Part shown: in pieces, positions 16,361-25,678 of the stretch
Layout: every line of letters begins with the position of its first letter
How positions within the stretch are numbered: the stretch's first letter is position 1
Assembly (NCBI GenBank): GCA_044870155.1
Contig: JBIOYN010000146.1
Location: 1-43,168, forward strand
DNA length: 43,168 nucleotides
Direction of reading: 5' to 3'
DNA from: Acidimicrobiia bacterium
Lineage (GTDB): Bacteria > Actinomycetota > Acidimicrobiia > IMCC26256 > BP-133
Made by a program: the position numbers and the translations under genes
Notes under the pieces: generated by a model
The model's database searches: none
Told to the model about the DNA's origin: nothing
What the model saw: the letters and a program-made list of their open reading frames with translations, nothing else

Positions 16361-17620
16361 ATGTCCGGGGGGGCGCTGGGGGAATTGGCTGATGCCCGGC
16401 TGGTGCAACTGGCCCAGGCGGGGAGTGCGGAGGCGTTCGCCGAGCTGTACCGGCGGCACTATCCGGCGGTGGTGGCCACGTGCCTCCGCCGGCGCACGAC
16501 CGACGCCGAGGAGGTGGCGCAGGCCGCCTTCCTGCGCGCCTTCGAGCGGATCGACCGCTGCCAGGGGGACGCCCGCTTCGGCGCCTGGGTCCAGGTCATC
16601 GCCCGCCACGTCTCCGTCGACGTGGCCCGCACCCGGTCCCGGGACCTGGCCCGGCCGGCGGTGGCCGTCCTCCCCACGGCCAGCGCCGACTGGCCCGAGG
16701 AGCACGCCTTGCGCCAGGAGCGGGTCGAGACGCTGCGTTCGGTGATGGGCCGCCTGCCACGGCGCCAGCGGGAGGTGCTCTATGCCCGCGACGTCGAGGG
16801 CCGCCGACCGCCCGAGATCGCCGCCGCCTTCGGCCTGTCGCTCGGCGCCGTCGACTCGCTGCTGCTGCGGGCCCGCAAGGCTGCGGCGGCCGGCTACCGC
16901 ACCATGGCGGCGGAGAGCGGCATGGCCCAGACGGCATCGACGGCGGTAGCGGCCGTGGTCGGAGGAGGCGTGGCCTCCGACCCCGGCCGCTTCGTCCGGG
17001 CCGTGACCAACGGCTTCGACGCCGTCCTCGGCGCGGTCTCACGGCTCAGCGGGCGACTGGCCACCCTGCCCGCAAGCGGGCTGGACCTGGTGGCCGGCGC
17101 CGTCGTGGTCGTGGCTCTGGCCGGCCCGGCCGCCGGCGGGGCCATCCCGGCGAGTGCCGCCGCCGGCACCAGCGACGGGCGCCCGGCCCTGACCGCCCCG
17201 GTCCGGCCCGGGCCTGCCGGCGGGCCGGCGGATGCTCTGGCTCCCGTGCCCGACGCCGGGCTGATGGCGCCCACCCCGGCCACCCCTCCCGCCCCGGCAC
17301 CGCCGGAGGCGGCCGTGCCCGGCGCCCCGGTGTCACCGCCTCCCGCCCGGCCCAATCCCGTCGGGCATGTCTTCTCCCTGCTCGACCTGGAGGCCCGCTT
17401 CACCGGCATCTCGCTGCCCTTCGCCCCGGAGGCCCCGAGCACCGGGCTCGCCCCGGTCGACCAGAACCGGCCCGCGCCCGACGGCGAACGCCGCCCCGGA
17501 CAGCGGATGTGGAACGCCGGCCGGGAGCGGGCTGAGGCCACCTGGTCGGGCGCCGAGGCCATCTGGTCCGAAGGCCGGCGCCAGGGCCACGACACGTGGG
17601 AGGGGCAGCGCGGGGGCTGA
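16361..17620 (+). CDS. ECF-type sigma-70 factor with long transmembrane/Pro-rich C-terminal extension
   Basis: Sigma-2 region: FAELYRRHYPAVVATCLRR...AQAAFLRAFERI...FGAWVQVIARH. Sigma-4 region: RQREVLYARDVEGRRPPEIAAAFGLSLGAVDSLLLRARK. About 230 further residues follow, with hydrophobic segments (LDLVAGAVVVVALAGPAAGG) and a Pro/Ala-rich, Trp-containing tail. Confidence 0.8.
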   Translation: MSGGALGELADARLVQLAQAGSAEAFAELYRRHYPAVVATCLRRRTTDAEEVAQAAFLRAFERIDRCQGDARFGAWVQVIARHVSVDVARTRSRDLARPAVAVLPTASADWPEEHALRQERVETLRSVMGRLPRRQREVLYARDVEGRRPPEIAAAFGLSLGAVDSLLLRARKAAAAGYRTMAAESGMAQTASTAVAAVVGGGVASDPGRFVRAVTNGFDAVLGAVSRLSGRLATLPASGLDLVAGAVVVVALAGPAAGGAIPASAAAGTSDGRPALTAPVRPGPAGGPADALAPVPDAGLMAPTPATPPAPAPPEAAVPGAPVSPPPARPNPVGHVFSLLDLEARFTGISLPFAPEAPSTGLAPVDQNRPAPDGERRPGQRMWNAGRERAEATWSGAEAIWSEGRRQGHDTWEGQRGG

Positions 17621-17687
17621 CGCGAGAAATCCTCCGCCGTCTCCGTTCTCCCCCTGAGAGATCCACTGAGCCGAGGAGAGGAGCGAC

Positions 17688-19094
17688 ATGGCGCAGCTGT
17701 CGGTGAGCACGATCCCGGCCGGGGCGGCCGCGGTTCCGGGCCCCGCCGCCCCCGAGCCCGAGCGCCGGCGGGTGGCCCGGCTCCTCCACCGGGCCGGCTT
17801 CGGCGACACGGTGGAGGTCATCGACGAGTGGGCGGCCAAGGGCTACGTGGCCACCGTCGACCACCTGCTGTCGTTCGCGCCCGCCTCGGGCCGGCCCGAC
17901 GAGGCCGTCCGGGTGGCCCAGGAAGGGTCGCAGCCGGTCAACGAGCTGGAGGCCTACGACCTCACACCGCTGGCCCGCATGTGGCTGAACCGCATGGCGG
18001 CCACGCAGTACCCGCTGGAGGAGAAACTCACCCTCTACTGGCACAACCACTTCGCCACGGCCTTCGCCAAGGTGAAGCGCCCGCGCCTGATGGTGGCCCA
18101 GAACCGCCTGCTGCGGGCGCACGCCGGCGGCAACTTCCGGGATCTGGCCAAGGCCATCACCGCCGACGCGGCCATGCTCTACTGGCTCGACGGCAACACC
18201 AACCAGCTCGCCGCCCCCAACGAGAACTACGGCCGCGAGTTCATGGAGCTCTTCACGCTGGGGAGGGACCGCTACACCCAGGAGGACGTGCGCCAGGCGG
18301 CCCGGGCCTTCACCGGTTACACCGTCGACGGCCAGGGGACGGTGACCTTCCGGCCCGAGCTCCACGACCCGGGTGAGAAGGTCATCCTCGGGAACCGGGG
18401 CGACTTCGGGCCCCTGGACGTGGCCGATGTGGTCCTGGACCACCATCCCGACGGTGCGGTGGCGGCCCACTACATCGCCGCCCGCCTGGCCACCTCCCTG
18501 TACCGCCCGGACCCCGAGCCCGAGGTGGTCGCCGCCATGGCCGACGCCTTCGCCGGCAGCGGCTTCGAGATCAAGCCCATGGTGCGGGCCCTGTTGCTGC
18601 GGCCCGAGTTCACCGACGGGCCCGGCGTCACCATCAAGGCGCCGGCCGAGTTCGTGGCCGGGGCCATGCGGGCCCTCGACCTGGCTGCCACCCCCATGAC
18701 CCAGGGCAAGTTCCGAGAGCTCGACCAGTTCGCCGCCTTCTGCGCCTACATGGGCCAGGAGCTCTACAACCCGCCCAACGTGGCGGGCTGGAAGGGCGGG
18801 GCCACGTGGGCCAACACCGCCACCACGCTGTCCCGGTACAACTTCTCGGCCCGGATCGCCAAGGTCGTGACCGACGACGTGGTGGGGCGGGCGCTGGAAC
18901 TGGCCGGGGGCGAGCCCCGGGAGACCACGGCGCCGTGGATGTCCCGGCTCGGCCTCCTGGAGCTGGTCCCCTCCACCCAGGCCGCCCTGGCCCGCTACCT
19001 CGACGAGTCCGCTGCCGCCGGGGCTGACCCACCCACCCGGGCCCGGGGTGTGCTCACCCTCCTGCTGGCCTCTCCCGACTACAACCTGAGGTGA
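17688..19094 (+). CDS. DUF1800 family protein
   Basis: 468 aa. LLHRAGFGDT..., LTLYWHNHFATAF and LYWLDGNTN are hallmark DUF1800 blocks. Confidence 0.75.
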   Translation: MAQLSVSTIPAGAAAVPGPAAPEPERRRVARLLHRAGFGDTVEVIDEWAAKGYVATVDHLLSFAPASGRPDEAVRVAQEGSQPVNELEAYDLTPLARMWLNRMAATQYPLEEKLTLYWHNHFATAFAKVKRPRLMVAQNRLLRAHAGGNFRDLAKAITADAAMLYWLDGNTNQLAAPNENYGREFMELFTLGRDRYTQEDVRQAARAFTGYTVDGQGTVTFRPELHDPGEKVILGNRGDFGPLDVADVVLDHHPDGAVAAHYIAARLATSLYRPDPEPEVVAAMADAFAGSGFEIKPMVRALLLRPEFTDGPGVTIKAPAEFVAGAMRALDLAATPMTQGKFRELDQFAAFCAYMGQELYNPPNVAGWKGGATWANTATTLSRYNFSARIAKVVTDDVVGRALELAGGEPRETTAPWMSRLGLLELVPSTQAALARYLDESAAAGADPPTRARGVLTLLLASPDYNLR

Positions 19095-20338
19095 GGGCGA
19101 TGCTCACACGGCGACGCTTCCTCCAACTCACCGGCGGCAGCCTGGCTGCCTATGGCACCAGCCCCATGTGGCTCCGCCTGGGCCCGGCTTTTGCCGAGGG
19201 GTCCACCGGCGGCAAGAAGCTGGTGGTCATCCTCCTGGTGGGCGGCAACGACGGCCTCAACACCGTCATCCCCTACGGCTCGCCCACCTACTACGACGTT
19301 CGCAGGACCATCGCCTATCCGGAGGCCGAGGTCCTCAAGCTGGCGGACTCGACGTTCGTGGGCCTCAACCCGGCGCTGGCCAAGCTCCACGGGCTCTATG
19401 GGGCCGGCAAGGTGGCCATCGTCCAGGGCGTCAGCTACGACGAGCCCGACCTGTCGCACTTCGGCTCCATGGACATCTGGCAGTCGGGCAGCCCGACGCA
19501 CGAGATGTCCACCGGCTGGTTGGGCCGGTGGATGGACGCCTCGCCGGCCACCGGATCGGTGGTCCGGGCCGTGGCCATCGGCAACGACCTGCCCACGGCC
19601 CTCATCGGCGCCGAGGAGCAAGGCGTGGCCGTCCCCTCCTTCGGGGGCTTCACCTTCTACGACGGGGGCGACGCCGACCCCGCCTCCGAGCCCCACCGCC
19701 TGCACGAGACCTTCCTGCGCTGCGCCGACGCCCCGATGGAATCCATCCCGGCCAAGGCCCTGCTCAGCTCCCAGCGCCGGACGGTCACCGCCGTGCGGGC
19801 CATCAACAGCCTGGCCGGGCCGGAGTCCAAGCCGCCCGCCAACCTCGCCGAGCAGATGGGCATGGCCATGACGCTGCTGTCGTCCAACCTGGGCGTGGAG
19901 ATCGCCTTCCTCAAGCTGGGGAGCTTCGACGACCATGCCGCCACCGAGAACAACCACCCCAAGCTGCTGGCCGAGGTGGATGCCGCCATCGACCGCTTCG
20001 CCACCGAGGCGGCGGCCAAGGCGAACCCGTCCGACTACCTGCTCATGACGTTCTCGGAGTTCGGGCGGCGGGTGGCCGAGGACGGCAGCGCCGGCACCGA
20101 TCACGGCACGGCGGCACCCATGTTCGTGGTCGGCGACGCCGTGGCCGGCGGCCTCCACGGCGAGCACCCGGTCCTGGAGAAGGCCGGCCTCGACAAGAAC
20201 GGCAACATGATCCGCACCGTCGAGTTCCGGGAGGTCTACGCCACCATCCTCGACCGCTTCTTCGCCCGGGCGTCCTCCAACGAAGTGCTCCGGTACTCGT
20301 CGTCGGCGGGCCTGCACCCGATCCCGTTCCTCAAATGA
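19091..20338 (+). CDS. DUF1501 family protein (sulfatase/alkaline-phosphatase-like) with Tat signal
   Basis: Twin-arginine signal TRRRFLQLTGGSLAAYG. Other blocks are VVILLVGGNDGLNTVIPY and FSEFGRRVAEDGSAGTDHGTAAPMFVVG. The GTG at 19091 overlaps the DUF1800 stop (GTGA). The ATG at 19100 is an alternative start. Confidence 0.8.
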   Translation: MRAMLTRRRFLQLTGGSLAAYGTSPMWLRLGPAFAEGSTGGKKLVVILLVGGNDGLNTVIPYGSPTYYDVRRTIAYPEAEVLKLADSTFVGLNPALAKLHGLYGAGKVAIVQGVSYDEPDLSHFGSMDIWQSGSPTHEMSTGWLGRWMDASPATGSVVRAVAIGNDLPTALIGAEEQGVAVPSFGGFTFYDGGDADPASEPHRLHETFLRCADAPMESIPAKALLSSQRRTVTAVRAINSLAGPESKPPANLAEQMGMAMTLLSSNLGVEIAFLKLGSFDDHAATENNHPKLLAEVDAAIDRFATEAAAKANPSDYLLMTFSEFGRRVAEDGSAGTDHGTAAPMFVVGDAVAGGLHGEHPVLEKAGLDKNGNMIRTVEFREVYATILDRFFARASSNEVLRYSSSAGLHPIPFLK

Positions 20339-20354
20339 GCGGGACGGAACGATC

Positions 20355-20714
20355 GTGACGGGATTCCTCCTCATCGTGCTCCTGGCGGTCTTCCCGGCGG
20401 GAGCTCAAGCGGAATCCCGTCACGTCCACGACGCCATCGCCGGGTTCACCTTCCTGCAGGGCTCAGCCAGCCTCAACACGCCGGGCCAGCCCTTCCACGT
20501 CCGCACCGGCGACACCGTGTTCTGGACCAACCTCGATCCCGTCTCCCACGACGTGGCCTTCGACTCCGTCGACTTCTCGGCCTACCTGAAGAGCCCGGGC
20601 GACACGGCCCAGTTCACCTTCACCACCCCCGGCCACTTCACCTACCGCTGCAACCAGCACCCCGAGTTCCCCGGGATGCAGGGCCTGGTGTTCGTCAGCG
20701 ACGACGCCCCCTGA
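20355..20714 (+). CDS. secreted cupredoxin (plastocyanin/amicyanin-like type-1 copper protein)
   Basis: 119 aa. Signal peptide LLIVLLAVFPAGAQA. Candidate copper ligands are H in VSHDV and C-x2-H-x5-M in YRCNQHPEFPGM. Confidence 0.72.
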   Translation: MTGFLLIVLLAVFPAGAQAESRHVHDAIAGFTFLQGSASLNTPGQPFHVRTGDTVFWTNLDPVSHDVAFDSVDFSAYLKSPGDTAQFTFTTPGHFTYRCNQHPEFPGMQGLVFVSDDAP

Positions 20715-20739
20715 GGGAGGCGCCGGTAACCTCCGGCGC

Positions 20740-21381
20740 GTGAAGCCGAGGACCATCAAGGGGCGGGCGAAGGAGGTGGCGCGCCGTCTGACGGGCGAGT
20801 ACCCGGCGGAGTGCGCCCTCGTGCACCGCAACGCCTTCGAGCTGGCGGTAGCCACCGTGCTGTCGGCCCAGACCACCGACGAGCGGGTCAACTCGGTCAC
20901 CCCCGAGCTGTTCCGGCGCTGGCCGGCCCCGGCCGACCTGGCCAAGGCCGATCCGGCGCAGGTGGAGTCGGTCATCCTCCCCACCGGGTTCTTCCGCAAC
21001 AAGACGAAGAGCATCATCGGCCTCGCCCAGGCCCTCGAGGAGCGCTTCGGCGGCGAGGTCCCGAAGAAGCTCGAGGATCTCGTCACCCTCCCGGGCGTGG
21101 GTCGCAAGACCGGCAACGTCATCCGCTCCGTGGCCTTCGGCCTCCCCGGGCTCCCCGTCGACACCCACGTTGGCCGCCTCACCCGCCGGCTGGGACTCAC
21201 GGTCTCCGAGGACCCGGTCAAGGTCGAGAAGGAGATCACCGGGATGCTCCCGGCCAAGGAGTGGGGCGGCTTCTCCCTGCGCCTCATCCTCCATGGCCGC
21301 CAGGTGTGCCTGGCTCGCAAGCCCCGTTGCGAGGAGTGCCTGCTGGCCGACATCTGCCCGTCGTCCCGGATCCCGGCCTGA
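20740..21381 (+). CDS. nth: endonuclease III
   Basis: 213 aa. HhH-GPD motif LPGVGRKTGNV, catalytic VDTHV, and 4Fe-4S cluster loop CLARKPRCEECLLADIC. Confidence 0.9.
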   Translation: MKPRTIKGRAKEVARRLTGEYPAECALVHRNAFELAVATVLSAQTTDERVNSVTPELFRRWPAPADLAKADPAQVESVILPTGFFRNKTKSIIGLAQALEERFGGEVPKKLEDLVTLPGVGRKTGNVIRSVAFGLPGLPVDTHVGRLTRRLGLTVSEDPVKVEKEITGMLPAKEWGGFSLRLILHGRQVCLARKPRCEECLLADICPSSRIPA

Positions 21382-21456
21382 TTTCCTTCCAGGTTTTGGG
21401 ATCGAAGCCGTGTGGGCAATAGGTTGAGCGAGTCCGTCGACTGAAAAGGGAGTCTC

Positions 21457-21612
21457 ATGGCTGCAACGACCGTCGCGAAGGGCACCGTGCTGACCTGTGG
21501 GCACGAGGGGTGCGGCTGCCGGGTGGAGATCAAGGAAGAGTGTCACTGCGAGGGTGGCGACGGCACCTACATGTGCCAGTGCGGCTCGCCCCTGACGCCC
21601 GTCTCCGAATAA
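21457..21612 (+). CDS. small Cys/His-rich, metallothionein-like protein (51 aa)
   Basis: Not in the ORF track because it is under 60 aa. Translation: MAATTVAKGTVLTCGHEGCGCRVEIKEECHCEGGDGTYMCQCGSPLTPVSE, with 7 Cys and 2 His in CxHxxCxC / CxC / CxC spacing. AAGGGAG lies 4 nt upstream of the ATG and the stop is TAA. It is convergent with the copper ATPase, 19 nt apart. Confidence 0.55.
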   Translation: MAATTVAKGTVLTCGHEGCGCRVEIKEECHCEGGDGTYMCQCGSPLTPVSE

Positions 21613-21631
21613 CCAACGGGAGGGCGGCCGG

Positions 21632-23848
21632 CTACGAGCCGGAGAACCGCGACAGCCGCAGGCTGTTGCCCAACACCGCCACGCTGGACAGGGCCATCGA
21701 GATCCCGCAGGCCGCCGGGCTGAGCACGCCCGCCGCGGCCAGCGGGATCGTGATGAGGTTGTAGGCGAAGGCCCACACCAGGTTCTGGCGGATGGTGCGG
21801 AACGTCCGCCGCGACAGGGCCAGCGCCGATCCGACGGCGGCGGGGTCGCTGCGCATGAGCACCATCCCGGCCGAAGCCACGGCCACGTCGGTGCCCGTGC
21901 CGATGGCGATCCCGACGTCGCCGGCGGCCAGCGCCGGGGCGTCGTTGACCCCGTCGCCGACCACGGCCACCACCCGGCCGGCGGCCTTGAGGCCGGCGAC
22001 GATCTCCACCTTGTCGGCCGGGGTGGCCCCGGCGATGGCGTCGTCGATCCCCGCTTCGCGGGCTACCGCGTCCACCGCCCGGGGATTGTCGCCGCTCACC
22101 AGGAGCACCTGCATCCCGTGGCGCTTGAGGCCGGCCACGGCGTCGGCCACGCCGGGGCGCAGCGTGTCGGTCAGCGACAGCGCCCCGAGCGCCACGCCGC
22201 CCCGGCTCACCACCACCACGGTGCAGCCCATGGCTTCGGCGGCGACGATCGCCTCGACCAGCGGGGCGGGAAGGACGATGCCGGCCGAGGAGACCCACGG
22301 GGGGCTGCCGACGGCCACCGGGTCACCCTCGATCACCGCCTCCACGCCACCCCCGGCGGTGGCGCGGAAGAGCTCGGCGACCGGGGCCTCGACCTCCAGC
22401 CGCCGGGCGCGGTCGACAACGGCCCGGGCGATCGGGTGCTCGGAGCCGGTCTCGGCCGCCGCCGCCACGGCGAGGACGGATTCCTCGGTCTGTCCCGGCG
22501 CGGGGATGGCGTCTGCCACCGACATCCGGCCCTCGGTCAGGGTCCCTGTCTTGTCCATGACCACCGTGTTCACCGTCCAGGCGTGCTCCAGGACCTCGCC
22601 GCCCTTGACCAGCACCCCCATGGCCGCGCCCCGGCCCGTCCCCACCAGCACGGCGGCCGGCGTGGCCAGCCCCAGCGAGCACGGGCAGGCGACCACGAGC
22701 ACGGCCATGCCCGCCATGAGGCCGGCACCGGCGTCGTGCCCGAGCAGGGCCCAGGCGCACACGGTCACGGCCGCCACCCCCAGCACCACGGGGACGAGGG
22801 CGCCGGCGAGGCGGTCGGCCAGGCGCTGGACGGGGGCCTTGGCCGACTGGGCCTGCTCGACCAGGCGGATGATGCCGGCCAGCACGGTGTCGGCCCCCAC
22901 CGCCGTGACCCGGACGTCGAGGCGGCCGGCGCAGTTCAGGGTGGCGCCCACCACCGGGTCGCCGGCCGTCTTCTCCACGGGCAGGGACTCGCCGGTCAGC
23001 ATCGACTCGTCCACCGCCGACGCCCCGGACAGGACCACACCGTCGACGGGGATCTTCTCGCCGGGGCGGACCCGGACCACGTCGCCCACCCGGACGTAAC
23101 CCACCGGAACCTCGACCTCGGTATCGCCCAGGACGACGGAGGCGTTGCGGGCGCCGAGGGCGAAGAGGCGGGCGATGGCGCCGAAGGTGCGCTGGCGGGC
23201 CCGGGCTTCGAGGCCCCGCCCGATCAGCAGGGTGGCGACCACGACCGACACCGCCTGGAGGTGTCCGCTGACGTGGACGACCTGGCCGTGGTGGCCGGGG
23301 GCGGGCCCGGTGACGACGTGCCAGATGGCGGAGGCGAAGGCGGCCAGCATGGCCGTGGCCACCAGGGTGTCCATGGTGCCGGTGCGGTGTCGGGCGGCGG
23401 TCGCCGCCCCCCGCAGGAAGGGCCAGCCGCAGCCGAAGACGACGGCGGCGGCGATGGCGATGGCGCCCACCTGGCCGGCGCGGCTGGTGCGGAGGGCGGG
23501 CAGGGCGACGAGGGTGACGGCCAGCGGCCAGGCCAGTGCCGCCCGGACGAGCCAGCCCTTCCACTCCTGTTTGGGTGCCGGGAGCTCGGGGAGGGACTCG
23601 GGCACCAGCGGTGCGGCCGGGTAGCCCAGGGCGGTGATCACGTCGGCCAGGGCGGGCCCGGTGGTGGCGGCGCCGTCGAAGGCGATGCGGGCCCGGCCGG
23701 TGGCGAAGTTCACGGCGGCATCGACCACGCCGGTATGGCGGCGAAGGGCCTTCTCGATGCGGGCCGAGCAGGCGCCGCACGTCATGCCCTCGACGATCAG
23801 CTCCACGTCGTCGAGCGGGATGGAGACGTCGTTGCTACGGGTGAGCAT
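21632..23848 (-). CDS. copA: copper-translocating P1B-type ATPase
   Basis: 738 aa from the ATG at 23848. N-terminal HMA domain [14 protein letters not shown]6 CPC ([13 protein letters not shown]), DKTGTLT, and [10 protein letters not shown]. The 48 codons upstream in the track ORF look non-coding. Confidence 0.9.
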   Translation of the reverse strand: MLTRSNDVSIPLDDVELIVEGMTCGACSARIEKALRRHTGVVDAAVNFATGRARIAFDGAATTGPALADVITALGYPAAPLVPESLPELPAPKQEWKGWLVRAALAWPLAVTLVALPALRTSRAGQVGAIAIAAAVVFGCGWPFLRGAATAARHRTGTMDTLVATAMLAAFASAIWHVVTGPAPGHHGQVVHVSGHLQAVSVVVATLLIGRGLEARARQRTFGAIARLFALGARNASVVLGDTEVEVPVGYVRVGDVVRVRPGEKIPVDGVVLSGASAVDESMLTGESLPVEKTAGDPVVGATLNCAGRLDVRVTAVGADTVLAGIIRLVEQAQSAKAPVQRLADRLAGALVPVVLGVAAVTVCAWALLGHDAGAGLMAGMAVLVVACPCSLGLATPAAVLVGTGRGAAMGVLVKGGEVLEHAWTVNTVVMDKTGTLTEGRMSVADAIPAPGQTEESVLAVAAAAETGSEHPIARAVVDRARRLEVEAPVAELFRATAGGGVEAVIEGDPVAVGSPPWVSSAGIVLPAPLVEAIVAAEAMGCTVVVVSRGGVALGALSLTDTLRPGVADAVAGLKRHGMQVLLVSGDNPRAVDAVAREAGIDDAIAGATPADKVEIVAGLKAAGRVVAVVGDGVNDAPALAAGDVGIAIGTGTDVAVASAGMVLMRSDPAAVGSALALSRRTFRTIRQNLVWAFAYNLITIPLAAAGVLSPAACGISMALSSVAVLGNSLRLSRFSGS

Positions 23849-23870
23849 CGTGCGGCGAATTCCCCCCTCT

Positions 23871-23895
23871 GACAACAGGCGACGTACCTGTTGTC
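23871..23895. promoter_or_regulatory. perfect 9-N7-9 dyad upstream of the copper ATPase
   Basis: GACAACAGG cgacgta CCTGTTGTC lies 22 nt upstream of the copA ATG, directly before the G-rich SD. It is a candidate operator or 5' UTR hairpin. Confidence 0.35.
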
Positions 23896-24055
23896 CAGCA
23901 ATTGTCGCTTCTCCAGCAGTTTTGGTTCCAGAGCGGGGTCTCGCAAGGTGTTCAGGGAACGTTTTGCCCACCTGTGGCGTTGACCCTGGCACGGGGCGGG
24001 AAAACCCAGCGGCCGCCCCGACCGCCGCCGGGGATCCGCCGACCCGGGTGGCGAG

Positions 24056-24084
24056 GGAAGGCGGCGCTCCGGCGCCGCCTTCCT
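24056..24084 (-). terminator. GC-rich hairpin after the small helical-protein gene
   Basis: GGAAGG(G)CGGCGC tccg GCGCCGCCTTCC, with one bulged G, lies 14 nt downstream of the stop at 24098. There is no clear U-tract, which is common in high-GC actinobacteria. Confidence 0.4.
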
Positions 24085-24097
24085 CAGGTTCGGGGGG

Positions 24098-24313
24098 TCA
24101 CGCCCCGGTGAGCTCGCCCAGCGTCCCCAGGGCGCGTTCCACGATCCGGCCGGCGCTGCGCAGCGCCCGTTCCGCCTCGAACAGCTCGCTGGCCACGGCC
24201 GAGTCGGGTGTCTCCTCGTACCGGAGCGCCACCGCCTCCACCCGCCGGCTCAGCTCCTCCAGCTGGGCGCGCAGGCTGGACAGCTCGGCCAGGTCGCTCT
24301 CGGCGGTGCTCAT
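24098..24313 (-). CDS. small all-helical hypothetical protein (71 aa from ATG 24313; track ORF extends to 24361)
   Basis: MSTAESDLAELSSLRAQLEELSRRVEAVALRYEE... has coiled-coil character. It contains no Cys or His, so it is not a CsoR-type copper sensor. Confidence 0.4.
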   Translation of the reverse strand: MSTAESDLAELSSLRAQLEELSRRVEAVALRYEETPDSAVASELFEAERALRSAGRIVERALGTLGELTGA

Positions 24314-24394
24314 GGGCACAGCCTCTACCCCACGAGGTGAGCGCGGCAATCGAGGGGCCAAATTCCAGGCGGGTCAGTAGCATTGGGGATTCCC

Positions 24395-25678
24395 ATGCTC
24401 ACCCGTCTCGACCTGCGCGGCTTCACCGGCGACCTCGCCTCGGTCCTCGCCCGTCCCGACCCGGGGGGCGAGGAGCCGCTCGCCGCCGTGCGGGAGATCA
24501 TCGCCGACGTGCGCGCCCGGGGTGATGAGGCGCTGCGGGACCTCACCGCCCGCTTCGACGGCGTGGAACTCGACGATCTGCGGGTGGGCCAGGGCGACCT
24601 CTCGAGTGCTCTGGCCGGCCTCGATCCCGCCTTCCGGGAGGCGCTGGAGTTCGCCAAGGCCCAGATCACCGCCTACCACCGCACCCAGCTGGAGGAGGAG
24701 ACCCGCCACGAGCGGGAGGGCATCGTCATCCGCACCATGGCCCGCCCGGTGGACCGGGCCGGCTGCTATGTGCCCGGCGGACGGGCCGTGTACCCCTCCA
24801 CCGTCCTCATGACCGCCATCCCCGCCCAGGTGGCGGGGGTGAGCGAGATCGCCCTGTGCGTCCCGCCCGGCCCCGACGGGGCGGTGCCCGCCGCCACCCT
24901 GGCCGCCGCCGCCCTCTGCGGCCTGGACGAGGTCTACCGGGTGGGCGGCGCCCAGGCCATCGCGGCGATGGCCTACGGGACGAAGACCATCGCTCCCGTC
25001 GACGTCATCGTGGGCCCGGGAAACGTGTACGTGACCCTGGCCAAGCGCGAGGTGGCGGGCGTGGTGGGCATCGAGTCCATGGCCGGGCCTTCCGAGCTGG
25101 TGGTGGTGGCCGACGAGTCGGCCCCGCCCGACTACGTGGCCATCGACCTCATGGCCCAGGCCGAGCACGGTCCCCACGGGGCCGCCCTGCTCGTGACCTG
25201 GTCGGAGCAGCTGGCGGAGGCGGTGGAGGAGGCCATCGCCCGCCTGCTCGAGACCTCGCCCCGGCGGGGGGACATCGAGGCCACCCTCGGCACCGGCGGC
25301 CAGGTGGTGCTGGTGGACGGGCCCGAGGAGGCCATGGCCGTGTCCAACGTGGTCGCCCCCGAGCACCTTCAGCTCATGAACACCGACCCCGTGGCGCTCG
25401 TCCCGCTGGTGCGCCACGCCGGCGCCGTGTTCTGCGGCCATTTCGCCCCCGCTCCGGTGGGCGACTACGTGGCCGGGGTGAACCACGTGCTTCCCACCGC
25501 CCGTACGGCCCGCTTCTCCTCCGCCCTGCGGGTGGCCAACTTTCAGAAGCACGTCCACGTGGTGGGCCTGGACGAGACCGCCCTGGCCCGGGTGGCGCCC
25601 TATGTGGCCGCCTTCGCCGAGGTGGAGGGCCTCGACGCCCACGCCCGGTCGGTGCGCATCCGGGGGGCCCGGACGTGA
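24395..25678 (+). CDS. hisD: histidinol dehydrogenase
   Basis: MLTRLDLRG... is an N-terminus typical of HisD. The body contains the conserved motif MAQAEHG. TTG at 24383 is an alternative start. Confidence 0.9.
   Translation: MLTRLDLRGFTGDLASVLARPDPGGEEPLAAVREIIADVRARGDEALRDLTARFDGVELDDLRVGQGDLSSALAGLDPAFREALEFAKAQITAYHRTQLEEETRHEREGIVIRTMARPVDRAGCYVPGGRAVYPSTVLMTAIPAQVAGVSEIALCVPPGPDGAVPAATLAAAALCGLDEVYRVGGAQAIAAMAYGTKTIAPVDVIVGPGNVYVTLAKREVAGVVGIESMAGPSELVVVADESAPPDYVAIDLMAQAEHGPHGAALLVTWSEQLAEAVEEAIARLLETSPRRGDIEATLGTGGQVVLVDGPEEAMAVSNVVAPEHLQLMNTDPVALVPLVRHAGAVFCGHFAPAPVGDYVAGVNHVLPTARTARFSSALRVANFQKHVHVVGLDETALARVAPYVAAFAEVEGLDAHARSVRIRGART

Noticed and set aside
24098-24361. Small helical protein next to copA, considered as a CsoR-type copper repressor.
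   Set aside because: It has no Cys or His residues at all, so the Cu(I)-binding C-H-C signature is absent. It is kept as hypothetical.
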